In this document: positions 1-12,079 of the stretch, one piece after another
Numbering within the stretch: position 1 is the first letter of the stretch
Layout of the letters: every line of letters starts with the position of its first letter
Assembly: GCA_040437565.1 (NCBI GenBank)
Contig: JBDOQK010000044.1
Span: forward strand, 248,001 to 305,327
Direction of reading: 5' to 3'
Length of the DNA: 57,327 nucleotides
Source of the DNA: Albugo candida
Lineage: Eukaryota
Program-made: the position numbers and the translations under genes
The notes under the pieces: generated by a model
Databases searched by the model: none
The model's input: only the letters and a program-made list of their open reading frames with translations
What the model was told of the DNA's origin: nothing

Positions 1-1077
1 AGAAAAATGGCTGTTCCTCAAATTACATGTGCGGGCAAATATAATATTTCTCCCAAAACGAATATCCGAGGTTCTTTCTCGGGTGACTTGCTGTTACGAC
101 AAATTAGTGTGAGCTTGGGTAGTGCGTTCAACGTCGCACAAAAAGCTAAAATAGCTATTGATGTCTTATTGGCGTACACTGGAGTCACATTTCAGTTTGG
201 ATGCAAACGCGGAAATGTTCGTTTCGTTATACCGATATTCCTCGCACCGTTTTCTAACACAACCGCTTTGGGGGCATTTATTGCGGCTACGTCTCCTCAT
301 TTTGTATCCGCAATAGTGGCTCAGATCCTCAAACCCAAATTGCAACATCGTCAACGAGTGATCCGAAGACAATTTGAGGATAACAGAAATCGGCAGATTG
401 AAATTCAAAAGGATGTCGCGAGTAAACAGCAAATACTTATGCAACGTACTGCGTCTGAAAAACGTCAGCAAGAAATTGCAAGGAGTGTGGCAGCTCGAGA
501 TTCCTCAAATCAAACACCAATGAACTCGGGTTTAGTGATCTTACTCGCTCGATATGGCTGCAGTGTTGAGGACGAGGGGGTGAAACACGACCAAAGTGAC
601 GCAAGTATAGAGAACGAATGTCTGAGCTTTTCAGATCAAGAATCCGTCGAAAACAGTGAGGTTTTATATCAGGAAAGTGAAAACTTTGAGCGCGGTACCG
701 TTTCCCAATGGACAGATGTGACCATTCCGATACAATTTTTTGTGCAGGTGAGCGATTTGTGTACTATAAGCGGCGGTAACTGAATTTCTTTTCTCCAGAA
801 TGGTCGGTTAGAGCTCCCGGCACAATCGAAAGCGCACTTATTGGGGTTCTATAATCCTTGCGGTACCGCCAAACAAGATGCGTTAGTTCCGTCTCCGCAA
901 TTGTAAGCATGTTCTCGTATTGTAAACTCTGTAGTATTGTGACGTTATGTATGTAACAGATACATTCGCTATGTATACAACGATCTAGTTTATGAGGTTA
1001 CATTTGAGGACCACGAGCAGGTGCAATTGCCGTCCAAGTTCGCACGCGTTATGGGATCCGCAAAGTTGGTACAATGA
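1..1077 (+). CDS. DNAJC11: DNAJC11-like protein, 3' part (DUF3395-type C-terminal domain); 5' end lies outside the window. Exons 1-747, 799-902, 960-1077
   Basis: The open frame from base 1 gives GLVILLARYG...WTDVTIPIQFFV. GT-AG introns 748-798 and 903-959 splice in frame to NGRLELPAQSKAHLLGFYNPC...LYIRYVYNDLVYEVTFEDHEQVQLP, stop TGA 1075-1077. These motifs match the DNAJC11 C-terminal domain. Confidence 0.8.
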
Positions 1078-1129
1078 GGATACAGCGGTAACAATAAAGT
1101 TCGGATTTACAACAATGGGGCTGAAAAAA

Positions 1130-2406
1130 TTACATATTTGTCCAGCTGCTACTTCTTGCTTCACAGTTCTCGATATTATGATCAATAAAAGCACGAATTT
1201 TCAGCTCAAGCTCAGAGACAGTACTTTGAGGGACTGATGCTACAACTGAGAGTGAGCTGCAATTTGCTGTCATTTGAGTGGTACCTGTGAAGGTGTCTTT
1301 CATTTCTTTTACAATATCTTCCACTGAAACGTTTTGAATATTTTTGCGTTCATGTATTTCTGTAATTTGATGCAGTTTGATTGCGAGGTGTTGCGTGACA
1401 AGAAATTGAGTATGACACACCTTTACACTGTGCCTTTATTCCTTCAATCCATCCATACTCGATCAAACGCTCTTTTAGCAGTCCTTTGAGTTGGAGGCGC
1501 TTGTTTGATGTCAGAAACCGACGAGTCAATCGTGGCGCTAGATCCGTATCGCATAGATTGTGCGATGTAGGATGCCTTTTAATACGTTTTAGTAATTGTG
1601 TGTTTTCTACTCATTTGCTCGCATTGTTACTCACTCTTTCGACTCCATTGCGAGATTACGCTCCATATTCCTTATAACATAACTGTTCTTAACACACCGC
1701 TCTGATATCTGATGGGTCAGCCCATCGACAACCCGTCAATTACCGGTTTTATAAGCATGCCGGGCGTCGGTGATTATGTCGAATGCGCGTTGCAAGAACA
1801 CCGCTCCATTGTAACAAATCTACTGGAATCCATCAACACTGCGTCATTGTACGTGTCTCACGCATACCAATGCCTCATTTTCCAATTACATTTACGTTTA
1901 CGTTTAACAAAGACCTCCTTCGACGATAACAAACATTCGGTTACGCTCTGTTCAAGAACAAGTGCATCGGTTACTGGAATCCGATCGTCGACTCGCAACC
2001 GCGGTCAAAACTCGTACGCTCTTACACTACAATCGAGCTTCCACTGATCATACATTATAATGTCTTCCACTCTATTTTACATCTAGTGTGGACACATCAA
2101 ATCACACAAAAAACCCTTTTTCAACTTCAAAATGAGATTAAAGCCAAAGAAGAACGCGTTATCGAATATGCGACTCAATTACGCAACGCCCAAGTGGTAC
2201 GCTGACCTCTTTCCATTCCCATCAGCTCACTTGTCATCCAGGCAATACAGAATGTCTTTGAGAAGCATCAATACGTCCTACAACAAGTCAGAAAGCCAAA
2301 ACAAGAGCAAGGTCCATTTCCAGGCCTCAGGCTTAGAAGCTTTGGCCTTGAGCCTCTTTCTCACTTTCAATTTCAGTTTTTTTAGACCCTCAACTCCTCG
2401 TGGCAT
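1130..2406 (-). CDS. Probable multi-exon hypothetical gene; exon structure unresolved
   Basis: ATG at 2406 (MPRGVEGLKKLKLK) is followed by a GTGAGA donor. Short open stretches bounded by GT/AG follow, then a 96-codon terminal ORF 1130-1420. I could not build a fully phase-consistent model. Confidence 0.3.
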
Positions 2407-3185
2407 ACGCTCACCGAATTGCGGGGACCACAAGCGCACCGAAACACTGGCAGCCGGGCGTACGATCCCTTTTTCCTCTTTCTTCTTCTTTCTTCTCAAA
2501 TCTCACTTGAAAGCTTCCAATGTCGGGTTTCGCTCCACCAGCACCACAAGAGCAGATCATGCGTGCAGGAGTACTAAGCCGTGGAGTGATTGCCGAAACA
2601 GTGACTCGAGACGGCTTCAAACCCACAAGAATCGATGTGTTGACGGATTCGGATCTCTCAGGCGCAAATGATCTCAAGACTCCAATTGGTTTGGGTGCCA
2701 CCGATGCAGAAATTCGAAATCANNNNNNNNNNNNNNNNNNNNNNNNNNNNNNNNNNNNNNNNNNNNNNNNNNNNNNNNNNNNNNNNNNNNNNNNNNNNNN
2801 NNNNNNNNNNNNNNNNNNNNNNCTCACTTTCAATTTCAGTTTTTTTAGACCCTCAACTCCTCGTGGCATACGCTCACCGAATTGCGGGGACCACAAGCGC
2901 ACCGAAACACTGGCAGCCGGGCGTACGATCCCTTTTTCCTCTTTCTTCTTCTTTCTTCTCAAATCTCACTTGAAAGCTTCCAATGTCGGGTTTCGCTCCA
3001 CCAGCACCACAAGAGCAGATCATGCGTGCAGGAGTACTAAGCCGTGGAGTGATTGCCGAAACAGTGACTCGAGACGGCTTCAAACCCACAAGAATCGATG
3101 TGTTGACGGATTCGGATCTCTCAGGCGCAAATGATCTCAAGACTCCAATTGGTTTGGGTGCCACCGATGCAGAAATTCGAAATCA
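2360..3185. repeat. 363-bp duplication flanking an N gap (2360-2722 = 2823-3185); probable unmerged contig overlap
   Basis: Apparently identical sequence on both sides of the 100-N gap, offset 463; the ORF track shows duplicate ORFs. Confidence 0.9.
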
Positions 3186-3540
3186 AATGCCACCGGGATG
3201 GAAACCCGGTGATCCAGTAGATCTTCCTCTTGACGCACTCCTGCATTACATGGGTCGTAGTTTCTTTCAAGAGCATGGAATCACTCTTCCTGAATCTTGG
3301 CGTAATGGCGATGCGGTTCCTCCAGAAGCAATGGATCTCTTACGTAAGAAATTCAATCTTCCAGAGAAACGCAAAAGCGATGAAATGAATGTCAATGCGG
3401 AAATGTCTCAAAAGAAACGTAAGTTGGAAACCGATGATGAGAACAGCGAAGAAAGTAGCGACTCTGAAAGCAGCTCGGATCAAGACACTCCTCAAGGCAT
3501 TTCGTTAAGCTTTTCCTCTTCTTCCGATGAAGACGAATAG
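2983..3540 (+). CDS. Hypothetical 185-aa protein with a basic NLS-like motif (KKRKL) and an acidic/Ser-rich C-terminus
   Basis: Clean ATG-to-TAG ORF with protein-like composition and two similar PxxWxxGDxV motifs. It lies immediately upstream of the PP2C gene. Confidence 0.75.
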   Translation: MSGFAPPAPQEQIMRAGVLSRGVIAETVTRDGFKPTRIDVLTDSDLSGANDLKTPIGLGATDAEIRNQMPPGWKPGDPVDLPLDALLHYMGRSFFQEHGITLPESWRNGDAVPPEAMDLLRKKFNLPEKRKSDEMNVNAEMSQKKRKLETDDENSEESSDSESSSDQDTPQGISLSFSSSSDEDE

Positions 3541-3645
3541 TCATCTCAGCCACTAACGAGACTTAATATAAACTCTTTCCAACCGCCACGCCATTTTCTA
3601 TTTCGAGTCTGTTGGAAGACGTCAACAATCACATTTTCATTTCCA

Positions 3646-4779
3646 ATGGCGACACGTCAGAAAAATGGATCCATTTCATCACTTCCGTCCGAATCGAATG
3701 GAAAATCAATTAATTTCAATGTGATTTCTCCCAAAGGAATATCCAAAAAGACACCAAATGCTCACGTCAATGGAAAAGAGCCAACAATTGGACTTCAACG
3801 TCGTCGATTATCTGTTGTTAGTGATAACAAATTAGTCGAAGGATTGGCTCAAGTCACAACGTCAGAGACCGAATGCATTGAAAATGGATCGGGTGCCATC
3901 ACGTCCTTTGCTGGCGTTTCTAAGAAAGGGTATGCGCCATATAATCCACGCAAAAAGAATCAAGATTCGATGGTTCTACAATTTGATTCCGACACCAAAA
4001 CGCTCCTTTTCTGTGTGTTTGACGGACACGGAGAAGCCGGAGATTTAGTCTCACAAGCTTTACGCGATAAATTCCCAGCGGAATTGTGTAAACATCCAAA
4101 ATATCGCGTAAAAAAAGACCCCAAAGCGCTTCAATCGGCAATTTCCGACTCGCTTCAAATTGTGGAACGGAAAATATTGCGTGATTCGAATATCGACACG
4201 GAATTTAGTGGAACTACCGCAGTGATTGCACTCATCCGAGATCATGTGTTGATTACTGCTAATATTGGCGATTCTCGCATTGTTCGTGGGTACATGGACG
4301 CCGAGTCCACTATCCATTCGCAAGATATCTCTATTGATCATAAGCCTGATCTCCCGGACGAAAAAGATCGAATTCTTAAGAGCGGAGGACGGGTATTTGC
4401 TGTCGAGTATGATGATGGAGTTGATGGTCCTCCACGCGTTTGGCTGGGGCATTTGGATGTTCCAGGCTTAGCAATGTCTCGATCTCTTGGAGATGCAGTT
4501 GCTCACACGGCGGGTGTGACATCAGAGCCCGAGTTTTCCATTCATACACTGAAAGCATTGGATCGATGTTTTGTGATGGCGACAGACGGACTTTGGGAAT
4601 TTATGACAACAAAAGAAGTCATTGAGTTGGCTTTAAATGAAGAGAACCCCAAAGCAGCGGTCGATGTGCTGTTGGATGAAGCGAATCGTCGATGGATGAA
4701 AGAAGAGCAGGTTATTGATGATACGACTGTCATTGTGGTCTTTATGGATTTTCAGGATCAGAAGGAAGCAGCCAAATGA
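3646..4779 (+). CDS. PP2C/PPM-family Ser/Thr protein phosphatase
   Basis: Motifs NQD, FCVFDGHG, SGTTA, ANIGDSR, DHKPD, GLAMSRSLGD, ATDGLWE, DDTT; intronless, 377 aa. Confidence 0.95.
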   Translation: MATRQKNGSISSLPSESNGKSINFNVISPKGISKKTPNAHVNGKEPTIGLQRRRLSVVSDNKLVEGLAQVTTSETECIENGSGAITSFAGVSKKGYAPYNPRKKNQDSMVLQFDSDTKTLLFCVFDGHGEAGDLVSQALRDKFPAELCKHPKYRVKKDPKALQSAISDSLQIVERKILRDSNIDTEFSGTTAVIALIRDHVLITANIGDSRIVRGYMDAESTIHSQDISIDHKPDLPDEKDRILKSGGRVFAVEYDDGVDGPPRVWLGHLDVPGLAMSRSLGDAVAHTAGVTSEPEFSIHTLKALDRCFVMATDGLWEFMTTKEVIELALNEENPKAAVDVLLDEANRRWMKEEQVIDDTTVIVVFMDFQDQKEAAK

Positions 4780-4870
4780 AATGGAAGCTGAGGCGTTTAT
4801 TTGATTGATAAATTGCGGAATGAAATTGTTTGAGCGTTTTTGTATAAAAAGGAAACGGCATTTTCACCTT

Positions 4871-5739
4871 TTACCTCTTACCACACGCACTAAAATCGAA
4901 TCCACAAGCCATTGATACGATCAAATAAATGAGAAATATGCCGAAAAAGATCAAAAGTGCCCATAATTTCACATTCCGACGCCAAATTTGTTTTCTTAAA
5001 TGGTTGGCGGAATGCTCAAATTTCACAGACTGACGATTTAATTTATCCGTACGATCCACCAAAAGCTCAAATTTCTCGCCGCGATCCAACACTTTTTCTA
5101 CAATTATTCCAATTCAAGATGAGAATCAACTAGGAGCTCGTACGCTTACCAATATTTTCAACCATGACTTCTTTGACATCGTCAATTTGGCGTTGAACAC
5201 GTGTGACAGAGTCTGCATCTGGATTTTCATTGTAAAAGTCCTAATAGAGGCACATTAAGTCAAACAGAGGAGTTATACGACGCAATACGCACCATCAATC
5301 TCCGAATCTCATGCTGGAACTCTTCATTCATTGCGAATGCAATAGCTGTTATTCCTCGATCACCATATTTTGCAAGAAATCTCGACTATAAGGCACAATA
5401 AGAGACGCACCTTTAATCATTCTTTGAAGAGCTCTGTACCTTTAATTCTTCCAAAAACAAGTAAGAGACTCGGCGTTTATATTGCGCGTCCGCCATACAC
5501 AAATAAGTGACTTGATTGTCCACAATGTAATGGAACGTGTGACTGTCGTAAACGTACGACATGCGTCCATCGGTAGGTGGAATTTTTGCTAATAACACGC
5601 GCGTTACAGTCGGAAAATTTCCAGAAGTAGCGGTGTATTCAGCCAAAACGGATTTTCCACGCGAGACGAGAGCATATACCTATGTCATTTACGAGAAATG
5701 AGTACATTTTGATGACAGAAGAATTCTTACGATCGGCAT
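4871..5739 (-). CDS. VAMP7: VAMP7-like longin R-SNARE. Exons 5739-5731, 5679-5440, 5385-5293, 5240-5150, 5097-4871
   Basis: Four GT-AG introns splice in frame. Longin domain (MPIVYALVSRGKSVLAEY...FHYIVDNQVTYLCMAD), synaptobrevin coil ([26 protein letters not shown]) and a C-terminal TM helix. Confidence 0.93.
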
Positions 5740-6439
5740 TATCAAAATTGACTTATAGAATGTGCTGAAACGGTGTGGACTACTTCACTTTCGTTTGTGC
5801 TGAATTCTTCTCTCAAAAANNNNNNNNNNNNNNNNNNNNNNNNNNNNNNNNNNNNNNNNNNNNNNNNNNNNNNNNNNNNNNNNNNNNNNNNNNNNNNNNN
5901 NNNNNNNNNNNNNNNNNNNCTTTCGTTTGTGCTGAATTCTTCTCTCAAAAAGTATGAAATGGTACGACACGACACAAAAGTCGGTGTCTCGAAAGACACA
6001 ATGTCTCCGGTATCAATTTTAGAATTTCGTATAATGCGCAGTCATGCTCTGTTTGCTGGCTCTGCTTGAAACTGTAGCATTAGCCGTAATGGAACCTTCG
6101 GGGGATGAAGTCATTTCAAACGGCGTCTCGCAAACTGACATTTCTGAGTGCACGAGATGATATATGCATAATCTTTATGGCTACAATAGCATGGAATAGC
6201 GCTCCTTTGTGTTGAAACATCAATGCAACTCTCCGGGGGCGATCAAATCACAAACCCACTCTTCTGAATATCATAAGACAGTATGCGTACGGCAGGAGAA
6301 ATAATTAATTGCCGTTTGTCGAGTCTCGTGCAAAAATTCGTTTCGTATTTGGATTTTCAACGCCATCTTTTTATTGTCTATCCTTAGGCTTTACGTTTTC
6401 GCAACGTGCTTCCTCTTTTCCGTAGAGGTATTTATCTTC

Positions 6440-7080
6440 TCGGCCTCCCTCACTGTCTCTCCTCACTCCATTATGGATTCTGAATCGCTAATTTTGAGCA
6501 TCAATCATTATGTTCTATGTAGCGATGTTTCTCATTTGGCTGTGTCAATTTTCCTGTTAAACCCATCATCATCCGGGTAGTCATTTTATCACAATCCTTG
6601 ACACAACTTTCGACGACTTAATGACTCTCCTCGACAGATTGGATCCCTTCAACAATAACACTCCTCCTCGACTACGCAATGACATCTTCTCTTGAAGCCG
6701 TATGTCATTGACACAACGTCATGGATTCCGCTCGGTACTCCCGCTTCGGTACATCCCGGCGATTTGGAGCCCAAATGAATACGAGCACTTCTCGTTGACA
6801 CTTTCGAACATTGAATCAACATTTCGATCCACCTTCAAGAACTTTATAAACACATTGTACTCCGACGTATTGCCCTTCCAATAAAATTACGTTTCTAGAA
6901 CTTTCTCGCCTCTCCATCTATAAAGCTTTGCGTGTAACACTATAACACCTCCCCATGTATTCACATTGATCTTTCACCTTCTACACCGTCTTCGGCGTAC
7001 CATATCATAGTAGCGCTATCATTTCCATCGTCGTATTCTGACATCGGATGGCTCCATGATTCTCTTCTTCTTCAGCTATG
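6440..7080 (+). mobile_element. Highly decayed LINE reverse-transcriptase fragment
   Basis: Frameshifted peptides HYGF, TFDDL, IVLRRIALPI and LSFPSSYSDIGW occur in the same order as HYDFG, AFADDC, VILRSIDLPI and ITLPAACGDLGL in the LINE at 32.1-33.0 kb; similar C/T-rich strand bias. Confidence 0.5.
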
Positions 7081-8639
7081 ACTCGGCAATGTTTTGGTAT
7101 CGTTCCTATGTCTTTCTGACCTCCTGTAGCACTGCATCGCAACTACGGACACTTGTAAAGCGCACGGACCATATGAATTCTGTTCTTTTTACAAAATAGA
7201 GGTTTACGAACTTTAGACCTACTAGGAGCAGTAGTCTCGAATCACTTTTTACGTTTGTGGCAGAATCCTGCAAGTGCGCTGGCTTCATTGCAAATCACGT
7301 TATGTGCAAGTATGATCAAAATTACATCGTTTGACAGTGGCTTTCAAAGTTGCGACAGTATCGTTGTCTCGTTTCCATATTTGTGGAATCTTTTTGGCTC
7401 ATAATTCCTGAATAATTTGCCTCTGGATATATTGAGTTGAAGTGCTTCGCCTTCCATTACACCCATTCTCACATGTCTGATATTTTGTCTAACCAGTTCC
7501 GATGTATTCATGCCCTCTCACCCACTGACTTGGGCTTGTGATATCGTTTGATTTATCATTTTTTTCATTTATTTACCGTGAAATAAACCGTAAAACATTC
7601 AATGCACGTTAAACAAGTGCAAGTTCCCATAGATGATTGATGGAATGGGCGATAACTAAATCGCCAAACGATTCATGCGACCCTATCATGGCTTTACTCG
7701 ATATTAGAGGCAGTTGTATCAGAGAGTATGACAGAGATGATTCAGAAACATATTGGAATAAAAAGAGCTAGCTAATAGCATGCTGATATCGCTACTGTCA
7801 AGCCTCAAATGTGTATAAATCTATCTAGCAGAGAAGTGATCCTTGCCAGCATCGCCCCGTTACGATGCATCCGAGCTATTCTTTCTAAATCAAGCTGAGT
7901 CCAATTTCGTTTACGTGACGGTGATCCGATGTTGATAGCTGCCTATCACTAGAGCTTTCGTACGGAAATCATTTTGTTACTTCCATAGGCTCGAAATACT
8001 TTTCGATAATATCCCATATTCCCCTTTCCTGACAAAGGTTTTCGATATCATCAGCATAGACATCCTGAAGATGAGTTGATGCAAGAGAAGAGTACTTTGA
8101 CAAGGCAATATACACCACAACGTCAAGGATGTTATTAAACTGCGAAAAAATGTAGCATTGTTGATTTGCAATATTGCAAGTCAAGTCTTTCAGAGAAATC
8201 TGCGACACGACTCACCGGGAATTCGAGTGCAAGTTGGTCATTTGAACCAAATGGCTTGGCTTCTGCGGCATTATTAAACGCTTTGGTTATCTGTTTATTT
8301 GATTGCAGGGAGTGCATAATGTAGTGAGAGCGTGTGAAGACTGACGCACTTCATTTTCTTACTGTCGCTATTTGCAGCGGCCTTTCTTTTTTTCTAATCA
8401 AACGTACCATTTTCATTGTACCCGCACTTGCTCGTTTCCAAAAAACTTTACTAAACAAAGCGACGGAGATATTGTAGCTTAAAGTGAATGTAGCGTCGCT
8501 TCCGAGTTGACAGAACCAGTTCTGGCTTATACTTAGTTCCTTTCACTTTGCTATGCTTAGTCTGATACTACTTGACTTTACTTGCATGCGACACATCTTT
8601 TGTACACATAGGCATATGGCCATCTCATAGTGCGAATGT

Positions 8640-10530
8640 ATCCTCCGTACTTTCGGACGATGGGATGGTACCCTTATGTCATCTAATTTTCCCGTGATTC
8701 CCTTCCACTACGGTTATCAGGATATAACTATTGGCGAGCCCGGTAGGAAGCCCAATCTGATGTCTTTCCTTATGTGAGACTCGCGCAGCGATCCTTCAAA
8801 CACATATTCAGATGAATTATCCCTGGAAATGTGAACAAAGAGTACTACCGAGTACTGTTTGAGGCAGAATGCACATATCACTTGCTGTGAAGGTGTACTA
8901 TAAAAGCTATCGAACGTGATGTAGCTATAAGCTGGCCAAACTCGAGTGCTCAACCCTAAATGGGATTGAAAAAAGCGATCCAAATAGCTGGTGCTCTTCT
9001 TTTGTGTAAAACCTGGTGATGGAATCTTTAAGGCCACACACCTTTCGATACTGATTTTCGTGCGTCCATCTATCCAGAATGGCTTTTAAGATTTTTTATC
9101 CTGTGTGGATGCACCAAAAGCTACACGAGCTCGGTGGGGAGAGTAGAAAATGTCAGGAACCAATTCTGCGACATTTCGTCAAAAGTGTGACTCTTTTTAT
9201 CTTGTTAAAAATATCCACCTTCGTTCTTGCTTCGAATCCAAAAGAAAAGAATCGGATAAGAACAAACACCTGATGAATTTTAGGTTTTTGGATCTGTATC
9301 GAGAGCCTTTGTCGCACAGCTCAAACAAGACATTTGATGTTCCTAAGCATGATATGATACAATACATGTGCTATATAGCCCACCCGTGTATTACGACATA
9401 ATGTATTTCTTGGTGAGCTTCAATTGTCATGATTTCTTTCTTTCATAAGGCAGTTACACCTCTGAATCCAGCCTTTCTTTAATTTTTTACCCATGGAGGC
9501 ATGTAATACTGCTTAGCTTTCGCTCGTGTCATTGATGACTTGGTCGTTATGTCGATGACCAAACGAAGTATTTTTTCGCCGCTCCTATATTTCACTTGAC
9601 ACAGTCCATCGACGGGGATAAGGCCAGACTAATCGCCAAACAGTACAGATGTTCGATCTCTAGTTTTTTCAAGTGCATCACTTGACTTTGCACAACTTTT
9701 AGCGCTGATAGATACTTTGCGTCTTCTTTGAATTTAGCACGCCATTTATTTTGCCAGCGGTAATTCCTCGATACGCATTAATAGTATATATTCTTACGCA
9801 GCAAATTGGATGCCAAGCGCTCATACAGAATCAGCACAAAATGTGTCTTTGCAGTTTACAGGTATAGTTTTTGGAACGTAGATGCTAGGGAACACGCATA
9901 GCTCGGCTATATTTTTCTGGAACCCGAAATCTACGATAAGTCCGACCAGTGACCCATCCGCTGTGTGAGGCCAAAAACTCACGACACACAGCCTCTACCC
10001 TGTAACCGAAGATACCCATGCACGGAATGGATGAGTCAATATATTTCTGATCTTGCATTCCATATCTTCACCTTCAGTATAATCATAGAATGTTTACATC
10101 GAAGGTGATGGTTCCGAATCATGGCTGATATTTCGAGTGGTCTTTGCAAAACGTTCTTGTAACACAGTTCTGAGCTCGACATCTTCAGTTTTTATCATTA
10201 CAGAGCCCATTCACTTTGATCGCTGATAAATTTTGGACTCAATGTCAATTTCGTTGGGGATTCATTAGGAGCGTTTCGGCTAGATGGTGTTAGCGCATCC
10301 GAGTTTATATTAAAGGAACTTTCTCGCGATCAAACACATCCAGTGTGTGTTGCTTCAAAGAATTGAGTTTCTAGCATGTGCAAATGATTAACAGTCTAAA
10401 ATAGGTTGCAGCATTGAGTTACGAGGAAGAAAACAAAACAAATACTAACGACAGCGTTGATAAATGCATTTCTTTGAATAACACATACAGCGACATCAAC
10501 GCGGCTGCGGTCAGCACGGTCAACTTCATG
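8640..10530 (-). pseudogene. Decayed gene of a CxxCL-module family (paralog A); boundaries approximate
   Basis: Signal-peptide-like start MKLTVLTAAALMSL near 10529; EAVCREFLASHS at 9960-9995; TRVWPAYS...ICAFCLKQYSVVLFVH...SEYVF in ORF 8717-9037. Many stops and frameshifts. Aligns with the 19.2-20.6 kb region. Confidence 0.6.
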
Positions 10531-11927
10531 GTTACCAGCGCTTTTTGTTTGTTTAAAGGGCACTTTACTAAATATGGCTGGGTGATATTGCATCGGAAAC
10601 GTTTGTTACACTACCAATCACTTATTCTTTTGCATGTTGGTTCCATTTTATTTGCAATTCGATGACTAGAAGTATCATCTGCTCCATCGCGAAATTTTGC
10701 GGTCGATCGCAAGGTAAGAATACTTGATCAAGATGATGCAGGACGTGCTTTAAGGTTGAAGTGATTATATTTCACATTCACGGCATACTTATCATATGCT
10801 GTTAGGGATTCGATTGGATTACCATTCTTGTGCGTATGAAACACTGAACCATACTTGAGCACCATATTCATGAGGTAGGATTGCATACCAAGTCTTTCAG
10901 TTGATTAGTCACACCATGGAGGCCAGTTGTTTGAGCTTGTTTGAAATAGATGTCCAGCCTCTGCAGGTTATTCTCCTTGACATACTTCTCCCTCCTCCGT
11001 TTGGTAGTTCTTGAGTTTTCTACTTCTCAAGTGAAACTGTCACGTCAAGACAACGCGTTCTGAACATGAGTTACAACAGTTTGGCTAATTTCAGACAATC
11101 TACACTACTAGATATTTCCAAATGCGGTAAACCAGAAAGCTCTAAGCTCAATACCTGATCTGTTAGAACGTACTTGAAGTACTGTATGAGAAGAATCCAC
11201 GATATGCAAAGCGACGACTGTACTGTACATGAACAACCTTCCTTTGGACCGCACAAGCCGATGGATATATTCACCATCGCAGCACGTCGACATGGGAAAT
11301 GGTTCACTGGGAAAGCACATCTTCATGGTGGAAACACGCACTTAAAATGTGGCATCAGTTGGATTGGAGCATTTCAATATCAGACTTAAATGTTTCATAA
11401 CGCCGTCAGTACTACATGGAACAACCGATGTGGTTTCACTGCGACCAAAAGTTACATTACGAAGCTGCTACTCGTAATCCGAGTACGCAAAACGTTGGTA
11501 CAATCTTGGTATGGTGGACAAACCACATCGAACATTTCGGAAATCGTTTGCTACGCTTTTCTAGATCCGAAGTCTGCAAGACTTTTTTCGGGAAGGCGAC
11601 ACATGGCCAACGAAGGAAGATTTCGTCACCAACTATTACAACGACGAAGAGCTGAGCACAACGGATATGGCTGAAGAAAAGTTGCTGAGTCGACTTTACT
11701 ATGAAGTCACTCAGATTCTCCAGCGTATCCACTCGACGAATGGTGTCATCACTTGGATCACTCCAACCACAAGTGGCAGATCATTTTATGTGGGAGTAAA
11801 AACCAAGGAAAGGAAACATTATTTTCCNNNNNNNNNNNNNNNNNNNNNNNNNNNNNNNNNNNNNNNNNNNNNNNNNNNNNNNNNNNNNNNNNNNNNNNNN
11901 NNNNNNNNNNNNNNNNNNNNNNNNNNN

Positions 11928-12002
11928 ATATGTTATTCAAGATAGCCTAGGCAACTAGAGAAGTCAGTTAGTCTAATTCTAGTAATATAGACACCTTCAA
12001 CT
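11928..12002 (+). repeat. Terminus of dispersed repeat R1 (copy 1), truncated by the gap
   Basis: Near-identical to 25212-25286 and to the reverse complement of 57187-57260; ends ...GACACCTTCAACT. Confidence 0.9.
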
Positions 12003-12079
12003 GTATTGTTCATAATATGAGCTGTTGTGATTAGCGGACCGTAAGCAAATGTCAACTTGATAATAGACTTCCCTTTCTC

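Noticed and set aside
7-783. 258-aa ORF taken as a complete gene
   Set aside because: It is one exon of a 5'-truncated gene; the last residues read into the 748-798 intron.
2520-2722. Apparent second copy of the 185-aa hypothetical gene (tandem duplication)
   Set aside because: It is an apparently identical copy ending exactly at an N gap; best explained as an assembly overlap.
3646-5739. PP2C and VAMP7 (with CDPK and glucan synthase) as a functional cell-wall secretion cluster
   Set aside because: Ordinary compact gene neighbours separated from the other pair by ~29 kb of TE-rich DNA; the sequence gives no evidence of co-regulation.
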